This document shows, in pieces, positions 36,580-46,423 of a stretch of DNA of 64,000 nt. Position 1 is the first letter of the stretch; every line of letters starts with the position of its first letter. Source of the stretch: Trueperaceae bacterium (GTDB taxonomy: Bacteria > Deinococcota > Deinococci > Deinococcales > Trueperaceae). The DNA lies in contig CBDCDZ010000004.1 of assembly GCA_965215565.1 (NCBI GenBank), forward strand, positions 2,560,001-2,624,000. The letters run 5' to 3'. The notes under the pieces are model-generated. The model had not been told where the DNA came from and ran no database searches. It saw nothing but the letters and a program-made list of their open reading frames with translations. A program made the position numbers and the translations under genes.

Positions 36580-36957
36580 GTGAGCACGAAAAGCAAGAAA
36601 AAGAGAAAAGAGGGCGTCGTCAGCGTTCAGCGCGGCGGTGGAGACAAGGATGGCAACGAGGCGAAAGGTAAGGCGGGCTCGTTCAGCAGCGAGAACAAGG
36701 AGATGCTTCAAAACTACTGGAAGCGCAACATCCGCTTGACGCTAAGCCTCTTAGCGGTTTGGTTTGTGGTTGGCTACATCATCTCCATCATCCTCGCACC
36801 CTGGCTCAATAACTTCACCTTTTTGGGTGCGCCCCTGGGCTACTGGATGGCACAAAACGGCGCGATTTACGTCTTCGTGCTGCTGATTCTCATTTACGCG
36901 CTGCGCATGAATAAGTTGGACGAAGAGTTCGGCGTGGAAGAACAGGACGGAAACTAA
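36580..36957 (+). CDS. DUF4212 small membrane partner of a solute symporter
   Basis: YWK.N.RL...PLGYW.AQ.G.I.VF, directly before the SSS gene. Confidence 0.85.
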   Translation: MSTKSKKKRKEGVVSVQRGGGDKDGNEAKGKAGSFSSENKEMLQNYWKRNIRLTLSLLAVWFVVGYIISIILAPWLNNFTFLGAPLGYWMAQNGAIYVFVLLILIYALRMNKLDEEFGVEEQDGN

Positions 36958-38631
36958 ATGGACCCCATCTTTCTCTGGACGCTCATCTTCGTTATCAGCA
37001 CCTTTAGCCTCTATATCGGCATTGCAGTGTGGGCGCGGGTTTCGTCGACAGCAGGCTTCTACGTCGCGGGTCAGGGCGTCCCCTCGGTCCTAAACGGCAT
37101 GGCCGTCGGGGCGGACTGGATGAGCGCGGCGTCCTTTATCTCGATGGCGGGGCTTATCGCCTTAAACGGCTTCGACGGCGCGATTTACCTGCTCGGCTGG
37201 ACGGGCGGTTACGTGCTCTTAGCGCTCCTTTTAGCGCCTTACCTGCGTAAATTCGGTAAGTACACCGTGCCCGAGTTCGTCGGCGACAGGTACTACTCGC
37301 GCACGGCGCGCATCGTCGCGGCGGCGTGCGCTGTAACCGTTTCCCTCACCTACGTCGCCGGACAGATGCGCGGCGTCGGCATCGCCTTTAGCCGCTTTTT
37401 GCAGGTGGATATTACCGTCGGCATCATCATCGGTATGGTCATCGTCGCCATTTACGCCATTCTAGGCGGCATGAAAGGCATCACCTATACACAGGTCGCC
37501 CAGTACGTCGTCTTGATGATCGCCTACGCGATTCCCGCGATTGCGATTGCGGCGGCGCTCACAGGCAACCCCGTGCCGCAGCTCGCCTTCGGTGAGGTCG
37601 CCACGAGGCTCAACGGCATCCAAGAGGAGTTGGGCTTCGGCGTCTACACTTCACCTTTTACGAATATAAGTGGTCTCAACGTCTTTCTCATCGCGATGAC
37701 GCTCATGTGCGGTACGGCGGGTTTACCTCACGTCATCGTCCGCTTCTACACCGCTAAGTCGGTCAAAGGCGCACGCTGGACGGGCTTCTGGGCGCTGGTC
37801 TGCATCGGGCTTCTCTACACGACCGCGCCCGCTGTCGCCGTGTTCGCTAAAACCAACCTCATCGAGGGCGTCAACGGCGTGCCCATCGCCGAGCTTCCCT
37901 CCTGGACGCAGACCTGGGGCGAGTCCGACGCGACGCTTTTCTCCGTCAATGACCTCAACAATGACGGTATCGCCCAATACACCAACGGTGAAGACAACGA
38001 AGTCACGATTAGCCCTGACATCTTGGTGCTTGCGAATCCCGAAATCGCGGGCTTGCCCGCCTGGGTTGTGGGCATCGTCGCGGCGGGGGGGTTAGCGGCG
38101 GCACTCTCGACCGCGTCAGGGCTTCTCTTGGTGGTAGGCTCGTCATTCTCGCACGACATCTATAAACGCCTCATCAAACCCGACGCCTCGGAGCAACACG
38201 AGTTGGTCGTCGCTAGGGTCTCGGTGCTGGTTGCGGTCTTTATCGCGGGCTACTTTGGCGTCAATCCGGGAGGGTACGTCGCGGAGGTTGTAGCGTTTGC
38301 CTTCGGCTTGGCGGCGGCGAGCTTCTTCCCCGTCATCGTCATGGGGATTTTCGACAAACGCGCCAATAAAGAGGGTGCGATTGCGGGGATGGCAGTGGGC
38401 CTCATCTTCACGGGCACCTATATCATCATGACGGCTGACCGGATGCTCGACATCGAGCCCTTCTTGTTCGGCATCACCGCGCAGGGCATCGGTGCTATCG
38501 GGATGCTCATCAGCTTCATCGTGATGTATGTGGTCTCGAGGGCAACAGCGGAGCCGCCCGCCGATATTCAGGAGTTCGTGGAAGATATACGCTATCCGAG
38601 AGGTTCGGTGTCGGCAACCGCGCACGACTAG
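36958..38631 (+). CDS. Sodium:solute symporter, ActP-like (probable acetate/monocarboxylate)
   Basis: Motifs DWMSAASF, GTAGLPH...RF and AAALSTA.GLL; adjacent to acsA. Confidence 0.9.
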   Translation: MDPIFLWTLIFVISTFSLYIGIAVWARVSSTAGFYVAGQGVPSVLNGMAVGADWMSAASFISMAGLIALNGFDGAIYLLGWTGGYVLLALLLAPYLRKFGKYTVPEFVGDRYYSRTARIVAAACAVTVSLTYVAGQMRGVGIAFSRFLQVDITVGIIIGMVIVAIYAILGGMKGITYTQVAQYVVLMIAYAIPAIAIAAALTGNPVPQLAFGEVATRLNGIQEELGFGVYTSPFTNISGLNVFLIAMTLMCGTAGLPHVIVRFYTAKSVKGARWTGFWALVCIGLLYTTAPAVAVFAKTNLIEGVNGVPIAELPSWTQTWGESDATLFSVNDLNNDGIAQYTNGEDNEVTISPDILVLANPEIAGLPAWVVGIVAAGGLAAALSTASGLLLVVGSSFSHDIYKRLIKPDASEQHELVVARVSVLVAVFIAGYFGVNPGGYVAEVVAFAFGLAAASFFPVIVMGIFDKRANKEGAIAGMAVGLIFTGTYIIMTADRMLDIEPFLFGITAQGIGAIGMLISFIVMYVVSRATAEPPADIQEFVEDIRYPRGSVSATAHD

Positions 38632-38638
38632 GTTAAAG

Positions 38639-38658
38639 CAAGGGGTTGAAACCCCTTG
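38639..38658. repeat. REP-like palindrome
   Basis: CAAGGGGTTGAAACCCCTTG. Confidence 0.8.
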
Positions 38659-38766
38659 TTGAATTCACTGAGGAGTTGGCGGTGAGCCGGCTCCTCTTTC
38701 TTTGTTTGACTCGAGCCCCCGATACAAACGTGAAACCTACAGGCGCAAGGTCTATAGTAAAACAAG

Positions 38767-39009
38767 ATGGCACCCCGCAAACGTCGCATGATGCTAGGAT
38801 TAGCTGCCCTCGTCCTCGCCGTGTGGCTCGTCGCCATCCTCGTCTTCGCCGTCACCAACAACGTTCAAACTGACGTCAGCGTTCAAGCGGGAGAAGCCTC
38901 GGCGGACGTGACACTAGGCAACTTGCAGTGCAAAAAGACGCTCAGCCAGTCGTTTCCGTTTTTCGAGATGGTCTGTGAAGAGGTCGAAGGTGCAGAAGCA
39001 GAACCTTAG
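38767..39009 (+). CDS. Small membrane-anchored hypothetical protein
   Basis: TM helix and two Cys residues. Confidence 0.55.
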   Translation: MAPRKRRMMLGLAALVLAVWLVAILVFAVTNNVQTDVSVQAGEASADVTLGNLQCKKTLSQSFPFFEMVCEEVEGAEAEP

Positions 39010-39512
39010 AGGAAATTAGAGGTTCTCGCCTCGCCTGTTTTTTTCTCTAAGAACTCGAGCAACCCCTCCACATCCTCTATGCTCCGCTTAGGCAAGAGGT
39101 CCGCGCTCCCCGTGCGCCGCAAGAGGTAAATCCCCCGACGAGAGGTCAGCACGTCCACCTCATCGTAAGCGACGGGCGTCTTTTTGCCGCCCTCTTCTAA
39201 GAGGTACGATTTCTCCTTGAAAACGTAGCGCTTGGGCTCGCGAATCATCGGAAAGCGCCGCCACGTCAGCCACGCGCTCAGCCAGACGAAGAGCGTGTAG
39301 CCTACGAGCGGGATCATCGCAGCAAAGGCGTAGAGGCTGCCCGTAGGCCAGAGTCCGGTGAGGCTCACCAGGACAAGCGCCGTAAAGGTGTAGATGAAAA
39401 AGGGGAGGATGGGGCGCTCTAACGCCGACGTCCAGGTGTAGTACATGAAGTCGCCGCGCTCCAAGGTGACGCTAATAGACTTGTCTTCCTTAGTGAGGTT
39501 TGCCTGGGTCAT
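39006..39512 (-). CDS. YcxB-like membrane protein
   Basis: Two TMs plus a C-terminal ..LLPKR domain. Confidence 0.6.
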   Translation of the reverse strand: MTQANLTKEDKSISVTLERGDFMYYTWTSALERPILPFFIYTFTALVLVSLTGLWPTGSLYAFAAMIPLVGYTLFVWLSAWLTWRRFPMIREPKRYVFKEKSYLLEEGGKKTPVAYDEVDVLTSRRGIYLLRRTGSADLLPKRSIEDVEGLLEFLEKKTGEARTSNFL

Positions 39513-39528
39513 AGATAGCTATATAGTA

Positions 39529-39684
39529 TAGCAGGTTACTTCGTATAGCTTCGCTCAATCATCTGGTCAGCGATACTCTCACCGTGCGAGCTGCTGTCTA
39601 GCACGCACATTATAAGATGAGGTTCCGCTATTGCTGCGCAATGAGAACTGCGGCATCCTGTCTCAGTATATTGTGGAACTGCTG
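39529..39684 (+). mobile_element. MITE-like element copy 10 (21-nt and 24-nt inserts)
   Basis: TAGCAGGT[TACTTCGTATAGCTTCGCTCA]ATCATCTGGTC...GTGGAACTGCTG; 111+21+24 = 156 bp. Confidence 0.8.
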
Positions 39685-39722
39685 GTAAAACGTTTTGTGC
39701 TCGCTACGCACCCTCCGCCTCT

Positions 39723-40634
39723 TTAGTTTGTCACACCTTCACGTTTTAACGTAACGAGCGTAAGCTCTGGTGCTGCGTTAAATCTCATGGGGATCACGCT
39801 AAAGCCGATGCCCCGGTTCACGTAAAGGCGGTTGTTCGCCGCGCCGTAATTGTTGACCCAACCGTCCGCGTGGACGGTGTCTTCCTCGAGGTACGCCATG
39901 TAGCTCCACGAAGGCGTAAAGGGCAGGCTAAGCTGTCCGCCATGTGTGTGCGCTCCGAACGCCAGAGGCGCAGTGCCTGCTGGAAACTGCGTGAACGAGG
40001 CGGGGTGGTGCATCAGCGCGAGGCGGGGTGCGCCGTCAGGTAGTTGTGAAAGCGCCGCTTTGGGATTGCTCTCGTCCGCGATGTGAGGTCCGATGCCGAC
40101 GAGGTAGAGGGGGGACGAAGCGTTGCCTGTGGAGGACGCTAGCGCCACCGCCTCATTCTGGAGAACCCGCACGCCCACCCCCTCTAACGCCGTGCGCACA
40201 TCCTCAGCCAGCGCCTCGTCCTTGCGCGCTTTGGCGGTAGGCATTCCGTAATCGTGGTTGCCCAAAACTGCATAAATAGGGATACCCGCACTTACTAGAG
40301 GTCTGAGAAATTCAGCCGCTTTCGCTGATTCGTTGTTCTCGCTCGTGCTGGGATGATAGACGAAGTCGCCTGCAATGAGCACGGCTGCGGGTTGGTCTTC
40401 AATAAGCCGATTTACAATGCGCTCAATTGTCCAGGTGTTATCCAGCCACATCCCCACTTGAAAGTCGGCGAGCACCGCGACGCGCTCGCCCTCCCACGCT
40501 TCGGGAAGATTGGCTAGGGAAACGCTCAGCGTCTCCTCGTTGATGACGTAGGGCTCGGCGAGCGACCACACGAGCAGGAGAGCAACGACCGCGAACAGCA
40601 CGAGAAGACTACGTTTGAGGACGACCATCCTCAA
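39723..40634 (-). CDS. Metallophosphoesterase (YkuE-like)
   Basis: Motifs AD.Q, GDF, GNHD, HHP, HTHGGQ and NRGIG. Confidence 0.88.
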   Translation of the reverse strand: MRMVVLKRSLLVLFAVVALLLVWSLAEPYVINEETLSVSLANLPEAWEGERVAVLADFQVGMWLDNTWTIERIVNRLIEDQPAAVLIAGDFVYHPSTSENNESAKAAEFLRPLVSAGIPIYAVLGNHDYGMPTAKARKDEALAEDVRTALEGVGVRVLQNEAVALASSTGNASSPLYLVGIGPHIADESNPKAALSQLPDGAPRLALMHHPASFTQFPAGTAPLAFGAHTHGGQLSLPFTPSWSYMAYLEEDTVHADGWVNNYGAANNRLYVNRGIGFSVIPMRFNAAPELTLVTLKREGVTN

Positions 40635-40692
40635 CTGTACCTTAAAGCGCGGGCGCGCTCAGGTACGGCTCGCACTCCCTTCGCGCTTAAAA

Positions 40693-41115
40693 CTACGCCG
40701 CTCTAGGCAGCGTGAAAAAGAAGGTGCTTCCCTCCCCCAGCGTGCTCTCCACCCCTACAGTCCCGCCCATCGCCTCAATCAAACCCTTCGCCACCGTCAG
40801 ACCTACGCCCATCCTCTGGCGGCTGCGCCCGGCGTCGGCACGGTAGAACCGTTCGAAGAGGTGGGACTGATGCTCGGCGGGGATGCCGGGACCGTCGTCG
40901 GCGACGAAGAAGCGCACGCCGCCCTCCTGCGCTTCAGCGCCGACTTTGACTGTGCTTCCTTGCGGCGTGTAGAGGAGCACGTTGGTGAGCAGGTTGCCGA
41001 AAACCTGACCGACGCGCTCACGGCCCGCGCGAATCGCCCCTAGCGCGTCCGCAACCTCCCAGCGCAGCGTCTTGTCGCGGTCCTCCTCGTCCTCGTTAAG
41101 ATGCTCTACGTTCAA
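40693..41115 (-). pseudogene. Isolated HATPase_c fragment of a sensor histidine kinase
   Basis: N, G1 (DDGPGI), F (FERFYR) and G2 boxes present, but no HisKA or sensor domain. Confidence 0.7.
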
Positions 41116-41153
41116 GATACGTTGGGGGACGAGACCGAGTTGCCGGGAAGTTC

Positions 41154-42614
41154 CTAAGGAGAGCGCCGCCCAAATGTTCTCCTTTTAGGCAAACTCCAGA
41201 AGTCACGGTTGAAAATGATGAAAACCGTGACGACTTCTAAGCGCCCCGCGTACATCGCGAAGATGAGCAGTGCGCGGCTCACGGGGTGAAGGTCAGCGTA
41301 GTTGAGCATCGGACCTACCTCGCCCAACCCCGGACCGACGTTGCCCAAACAGGCAATCGACGCGGTGAGCCCCGTAACGATGTCCGCGCCAAGCCAGATG
41401 ACGACTCCGGCGATCACGGCGAAGAGACTCAAGTAGAGCGTCAGAAAGGCGGCGACAGCGCGGAGCACCTCCTCTTCGACCGGGCGTCTCCCGACGCGCA
41501 CGGGCAGAACCGCTCTAGGACGAAGCGCCCGCTGCACCTCGCGGTTCATATTGTGCGCGATGATGATCCAGCGGATCACCTTCACGCCGCCCGCCGCGCT
41601 GCCCGCGCTGCCGCCCACGAACATGAGCACCAGGAGGACCATCTGCCCCTGCTGCGACCACTCGATGAAATCCACAGAAGCGTAGCCCGTCGTCGTCATG
41701 ATGCTGATGGCTTGAAAGAGCGCGTGGCGCAGCGCCTCGGCGAGAACGTAGTCGCTCCTCAACGTAAGGGTTAGGAGGAGCGCGGCGACGGCTAAAATGC
41801 CCAGGTAGACGCGGAATTCCACGTCGTGTAGGAGGTCTTTAGGGCGTCCCGCAAAAAACTGATACTGCAGCGCGAAGTTCACTCCGGCGATCGTCATGAA
41901 GAGGATGGCGACCCACTGGATAGCCGGGTTGAACCCTTGGTAGGACAGAGGTTCCGGGCTAAAGCCGCTCGCCGCGAGCGTCGTAAAGGTGTGCGCTACC
42001 GCGTCATAGGGCGTCATGCCGGCGAGCCAGTACGAAAAGCCGCAGAGAACGCTGAGCCCCACGTAAACGATGAGCACAGCGCTCGCCGTGCTGCGCAAGC
42101 GTGGCGTGAGCTTCTCTTCAGAAGGACCGGGCGCTTCGGCGAAGAAGAGCTGCCGCCCCGCAATGGCGAGCTGCGGAAACACCGCGATAAAGAGCACAAT
42201 GATGCCGATGCCGCCCAACCACTGTGAGAGAGAGCGGTACAAGAAGAGGCTGCGAGACACCTCGCTGAAGTCGCGCAGCGCCGTCGCACCCGTCGCGGTA
42301 AAGCCGCTCGTCGATTCGAAAAGTGCGTTGAGCGGCGTGAACGCTTCCGACGCGGCGTAGGGGATCATCCCGACGAGCGGCAAGACGAGCCAGAGCAGCA
42401 AAACACCCGTGAGCGCCTCGCGCCGCGTCGGTCCGGCGTCGCTCGTGCCGAGCCACACGAGGACGCTGCCCATAGAGGCGGACAGGGCACACGTCACCGC
42501 GAAGCCTGAGACATTCTCGCCGAGCAGAAGGGCGTAAACGCAGAAGAAGAGCGTGATAACCGCCAGACCTAGTAAACCGAGACCGACGATGTAGGGAGCG
42601 AAACGTCCGCGCAC
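41154..42614 (-). CDS. trkH: TrkH K+ uptake channel, paralog 2
   Basis: Four pore motifs (TATG, ASGF, TTGY, NVGPG) and GRLE; TAATCT-N5-GTG. Confidence 0.92.
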   Translation of the reverse strand: MRGRFAPYIVGLGLLGLAVITLFFCVYALLLGENVSGFAVTCALSASMGSVLVWLGTSDAGPTRREALTGVLLLWLVLPLVGMIPYAASEAFTPLNALFESTSGFTATGATALRDFSEVSRSLFLYRSLSQWLGGIGIIVLFIAVFPQLAIAGRQLFFAEAPGPSEEKLTPRLRSTASAVLIVYVGLSVLCGFSYWLAGMTPYDAVAHTFTTLAASGFSPEPLSYQGFNPAIQWVAILFMTIAGVNFALQYQFFAGRPKDLLHDVEFRVYLGILAVAALLLTLTLRSDYVLAEALRHALFQAISIMTTTGYASVDFIEWSQQGQMVLLVLMFVGGSAGSAAGGVKVIRWIIIAHNMNREVQRALRPRAVLPVRVGRRPVEEEVLRAVAAFLTLYLSLFAVIAGVVIWLGADIVTGLTASIACLGNVGPGLGEVGPMLNYADLHPVSRALLIFAMYAGRLEVVTVFIIFNRDFWSLPKRRTFGRRSP

Positions 42615-42684
42615 GTCTCAGATTACCTTGTGAGGGGGAGGCAGTAGGCGCTTTCGTACCCCAACAAGGACGAGCGAACGTGCT

Positions 42685-44148
42685 TCACAAGCGCCGCCGC
42701 TGAAAGGCTCCGCGTTTGGGCAGCCGCCAGAAGTCGCGGTTAAAGATGATGAAAACCGTTACAACCTCCAAGCGCCCCGCGTACATTGCGAAAGCGAGCA
42801 GCCCACGGCTGACCGGGTGCAAGTCCGCGAAGTTGAGCATCGGTCCCACCTCGCCCAGCCCCGGACCAACGTTGCCCAAGCAGGCGATAGACGCGGTGAC
42901 GCCCGTGATGATGTCTGCACCCAGTAAAATAACGATCACCGCGATAACAGCAAAGAGGCTCATGTAGAGCGTCAGAAAGGCGGCGACGGCGCGGAGCACC
43001 TCTTCGGAGACCGGGCGGCCGCCGACCTGGACGGGCAGAACTGCCCTGGGGTGGAGGGAGTGACGCACCTCTCTCGCCATGTTGCGCGTGATGATAAGCC
43101 AGCGGACCACCTTCACGCCACCTGCCGCGCTGCCCGCGCTGCCGCCTATGAACATGAGCACCAGGAGAACGGCTTGCCCCTGCTGCGACCACTCGACGAA
43201 ATCCACGGAGGCGTAGCCCGTCGTTGTAGCGATGCTGATCACCTGAAATAGGGCGTGACGCAGCGCCTCGAAAAACGCATAATCCTCCCTCAAGATAAAG
43301 GTGAGCAGCGCTGAAGCGCCCAGCAGGATCGTGAGGTACGCCCGGAGTTCGGCGTCGCGAAAGAGGTCACCGGGGCGTCCCGCGACTGCCCGGTACTGCA
43401 GCGCGAAGTTCGCCCCAGCAAAGGTCATAAACAAGATCGCGACCCAGTCAGTAGCAGCGCTGTCAAACCCCTCGAACGAGAGCCCGTTCGGGCTGAAGCC
43501 GCCCGCCGCGAGCGTCGTGAACGAGTGCGCCACCGCGTCGTAGGGCGTCATGCCGACGAGCCAATAGGCGAGCGCGCAGAGCACGCTAAGCCCGACATAT
43601 ACAATAAGCACCGCGCCCGCCGTGTTGCGCAGCCTCGGGGTGAGCCGCTCATCGGTGGGACCGGGCGCTTCGGCGAAGAAGAGCTGCCGCCCTGCGATGG
43701 CGAGCTGCGGAAACACCGCGATAAAGAGCACAATGATGCCCACACCGCCGACCCACTGCGTCAGGGCGCGCCACATGAAGAGGCTTTTAGGGAAGTCGTC
43801 GAAACTGCGCAGCACCGTTGCGCCCGTGGTGGTAAAGCCGCTCATGGATTCGAACATCGCGTCCAGCGGCGAAAAGCCACCAGAGATGATATAGGGGACT
43901 GCGCTGAACGCGGGCACAGCGAGCCAGAGCAGCAGCACGCCGATGAGCGCCTCGCGCCGCGTCGGTTCGGCGTCGCTCGTGCCGAGCCAGATGAGCACGC
44001 CCCCGAACGCGGTGGATAGCGCCAACGTCACCGCAAAGCCCGCGATACTTTCATCTAAAAGCGCCGCGTAAACGCAGAAGACGAGCATGACTGCAGCCAG
44101 GTTCAAGAGACCGATGCCGACGATGTAGGGAGCAAAGCGTCCGCGCAC
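42685..44148 (-). CDS. trkH: TrkH K+ uptake channel, paralog 1
   Basis: Pore motifs TTTG, AGGF, TTGY and NVGPG; TAATCT-N5-GTG. Confidence 0.92.
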   Translation of the reverse strand: MRGRFAPYIVGIGLLNLAAVMLVFCVYAALLDESIAGFAVTLALSTAFGGVLIWLGTSDAEPTRREALIGVLLLWLAVPAFSAVPYIISGGFSPLDAMFESMSGFTTTGATVLRSFDDFPKSLFMWRALTQWVGGVGIIVLFIAVFPQLAIAGRQLFFAEAPGPTDERLTPRLRNTAGAVLIVYVGLSVLCALAYWLVGMTPYDAVAHSFTTLAAGGFSPNGLSFEGFDSAATDWVAILFMTFAGANFALQYRAVAGRPGDLFRDAELRAYLTILLGASALLTFILREDYAFFEALRHALFQVISIATTTGYASVDFVEWSQQGQAVLLVLMFIGGSAGSAAGGVKVVRWLIITRNMAREVRHSLHPRAVLPVQVGGRPVSEEVLRAVAAFLTLYMSLFAVIAVIVILLGADIITGVTASIACLGNVGPGLGEVGPMLNFADLHPVSRGLLAFAMYAGRLEVVTVFIIFNRDFWRLPKRGAFQRRRL

Positions 44149-44248
44149 GCACTAGATTACCTTATGGGAAGCGCGTGTGCACGAAGAAGGTATTTTGAGC
44201 CTCGTTTATGTGATCAAGAGCGACCTCACAACATCTCGATTCAGTCCT

Positions 44249-44575
44249 CTAAGCCCGACTCGTCAACCTCAGCCCGATAATCGCAACGAGAAGAAGGGCG
44301 AGAAAGAAAACTCGAGCCGCCGACAGCGGCTCGTCAAAAAGCACCACCCCCAGCACCGCTGCCCCCAACGCCCCGATGCCAACCCACACCCCGTACGCCG
44401 TTCCGATAGGCAACGTGCGAACCGCTACGCTCAGCAGCACCATACTGAGTGCAAGCGCCGCGAGCGTCACCACGCTCGGGACGAAGCGCGTAAAGCCCTC
44501 TGAATATTTAAGCGAGAGCGCCCACGTGACCTCGAGCAGCCCCGCCAGTAGCAACCACACCCACGCGAGTGACAT
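44249..44575 (-). CDS. sugE: SMR family exporter, SugE/Gdx-like
   Basis: AW..L..AG..E..WA..LK.SEGF and LPIGTAY.VW.GIG motifs. Confidence 0.85.
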   Translation of the reverse strand: MSLAWVWLLLAGLLEVTWALSLKYSEGFTRFVPSVVTLAALALSMVLLSVAVRTLPIGTAYGVWVGIGALGAAVLGVVLFDEPLSAARVFFLALLLVAIIGLRLTSRA

Positions 44576-44753
44576 CTCGACCTCCCAGCGCTTACCATTT
44601 GGATGAGCGCAACAGACTCGAGCCTAGCTCATCCAGCCAACTTCGCATGTTGCTACCTTTCAAAACTGGACCAACCTTTTTCTTATCGACCACTGGATGT
44701 GAAACGTCTCAAATCACCGCGCTTCTCACCCTAGCGCGTGATAAATTGGCGAC

Positions 44754-46361
44754 GTGTTTAGCAGTCTCTCCAGGTGGTTTCACGCTTTAACTCAGCCCCA
44801 GGCTACGCCAGAAACAACGGCTGAAACGCGAGCGGAAGGTGCGCGCGAGGCTATGTTCTGGCAGCGCGTTCTCGTCTGCGTGGGCTGCGGCGCGCTCCTT
44901 AGCGTGGCGCTACCCACGCCGAACCTCTGGATTTTCTTCACCATGCTCACGCCGCTCTTTATCTTGGTGGCGCATAGTTGCCGTGTCGGGGCGGCGTTCG
45001 GCTACGGCTTCTTCTTCGGCGTCGCCTGTTTCGCGCTGCACATCATCTGGTTGCCGCAGAGCTTCGCGGACCCCGAGGTTTATGGCCCCTTCTTCTGGGT
45101 GCTCTATCCCTTTTTGCTCACTATCTTGGGTTGCTTTTGGGGCGTTGTTACGGGTCTAAGTAGGCTCACCGGGCGAAGAGGTGCGGGCACGCTCGTGATG
45201 CTTCCCGCCCTATGGGTCTTGATGGAGTGGGCACGCTCGCAGGGGCTCTTCGCCTTTCCTTGGGGGACGCTCGGGTATATCTGGACGGATACGCCGCTGG
45301 CGCAGCTTACAGACGTTGCCGGTGTTTACGGGTTGAGCTTGTTGACGGCTAGCGCCGCGTCGCTGCTCGCGGTTCCTTTTGTGGTGCGTTCCGAGATGCC
45401 ACAGGTAGCTCGTTGGCTTCCGCCCGCGGGTGCAGCGCTACTCCTCGTTACCGGACTCGTTTACGGCTTAGTTAGGCTCGAGCCTCTTCCCCCAACACAC
45501 CAGAGCGCGTTACTCGTCCAGGGCAACACTGACCCCTTGAGCCGCGTTACGACGCCTGGTGGCGAGGTGGCGCTTTACGAGAGCCTGACGCAAGGGGGGG
45601 TGAGAGAGGCAGAAAACGTTCCCGACTTAGTGGTTTGGCCCGAAGGGGCGGCGCTCGAGGTTGACCTCTCGCAAGACGCTACCGCCGCCGCGCAGATTCA
45701 GCGGAGCGCGCTTCAGGCGAACGTCATCGCGGGGGGCGGGGCGAGAGACCCCAGACCGCAGTTCAGCTCCTATAACAGCGCCTTTAGCATCGCGGACGGT
45801 GAGGTCATAGACCGCTACGACAAAGTCTACCTAGTCCCTTTCGGCGAGGTCTTCCCTTTCATCGGTCCTTTGGAACCTCTTTACCGCTTTATCTTCGCGC
45901 AGCTCGGTCTACCCCTTTTGAGCAGCCGCCCGCCCGGTGACGAAGTTAGCGCTTTAAGGCTGCCCGATACAGATGCCGCCGTCTACATCTGCTACGAGTC
46001 GGTCTTTCCGCACGTCACGCGGCAGATGGTAGCGCAAGGGGCGGAGGTGTTAGTCAACATCTCCAACGACGCCTGGTTTGGGCGCGGGCAGGGGGCACGG
46101 CAGCACTTCGAGATGGGGAACATGAGGGCGATCGAGACGCGGCGCTACCTCTTGCGAGCGGGGAATGACGGGATTACCGCGCTCGTCAACCCTTTCGGGG
46201 AAGTAGAAGCCCGACTCCCAAGGGGTGTGCAGGATACCTTACTAGTGGATTACCGCTTGCGTGAAGGGAAGACGCTTTACGTGCGTTTCGGCGACGTACT
46301 CATCATCTTGCTCGCTGTTTTTGCACTTGGATTTGGCGTGTTGCAGGGAAAGAAGCAATGA
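44754..46361 (+). CDS. lnt: Apolipoprotein N-acyltransferase
   Basis: Motifs QGN, VWPE, YDK..LVPFGE, ICYE, SNDAWF and RA.E. Confidence 0.93.
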   Translation: MFSSLSRWFHALTQPQATPETTAETRAEGAREAMFWQRVLVCVGCGALLSVALPTPNLWIFFTMLTPLFILVAHSCRVGAAFGYGFFFGVACFALHIIWLPQSFADPEVYGPFFWVLYPFLLTILGCFWGVVTGLSRLTGRRGAGTLVMLPALWVLMEWARSQGLFAFPWGTLGYIWTDTPLAQLTDVAGVYGLSLLTASAASLLAVPFVVRSEMPQVARWLPPAGAALLLVTGLVYGLVRLEPLPPTHQSALLVQGNTDPLSRVTTPGGEVALYESLTQGGVREAENVPDLVVWPEGAALEVDLSQDATAAAQIQRSALQANVIAGGGARDPRPQFSSYNSAFSIADGEVIDRYDKVYLVPFGEVFPFIGPLEPLYRFIFAQLGLPLLSSRPPGDEVSALRLPDTDAAVYICYESVFPHVTRQMVAQGAEVLVNISNDAWFGRGQGARQHFEMGNMRAIETRRYLLRAGNDGITALVNPFGEVEARLPRGVQDTLLVDYRLREGKTLYVRFGDVLIILLAVFALGFGVLQGKKQ

Positions 46362-46420
46362 GCAATGAGTAAAACCCAGAAGCTTTTCCACTCATTGCTC
46401 GTTGCTTTCAACTCATTGCT
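46354..46420. repeat. Inverted heptamer array that supplies the lnt stop codon
   Basis: AGCAATGAGCAATGAGT...ACTCATTGCTCGTTGCTTTCAACTCATTGCT. Confidence 0.85.
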
Positions 46421-46423
46421 GTC

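Noticed and set aside
41154..42614. Gly-to-Ser change in pore loop 2 as a K+ to Na+ selectivity switch
   Set aside because: The filter Gly immediately before Phe is retained (ASGF); the change is at the preceding position.
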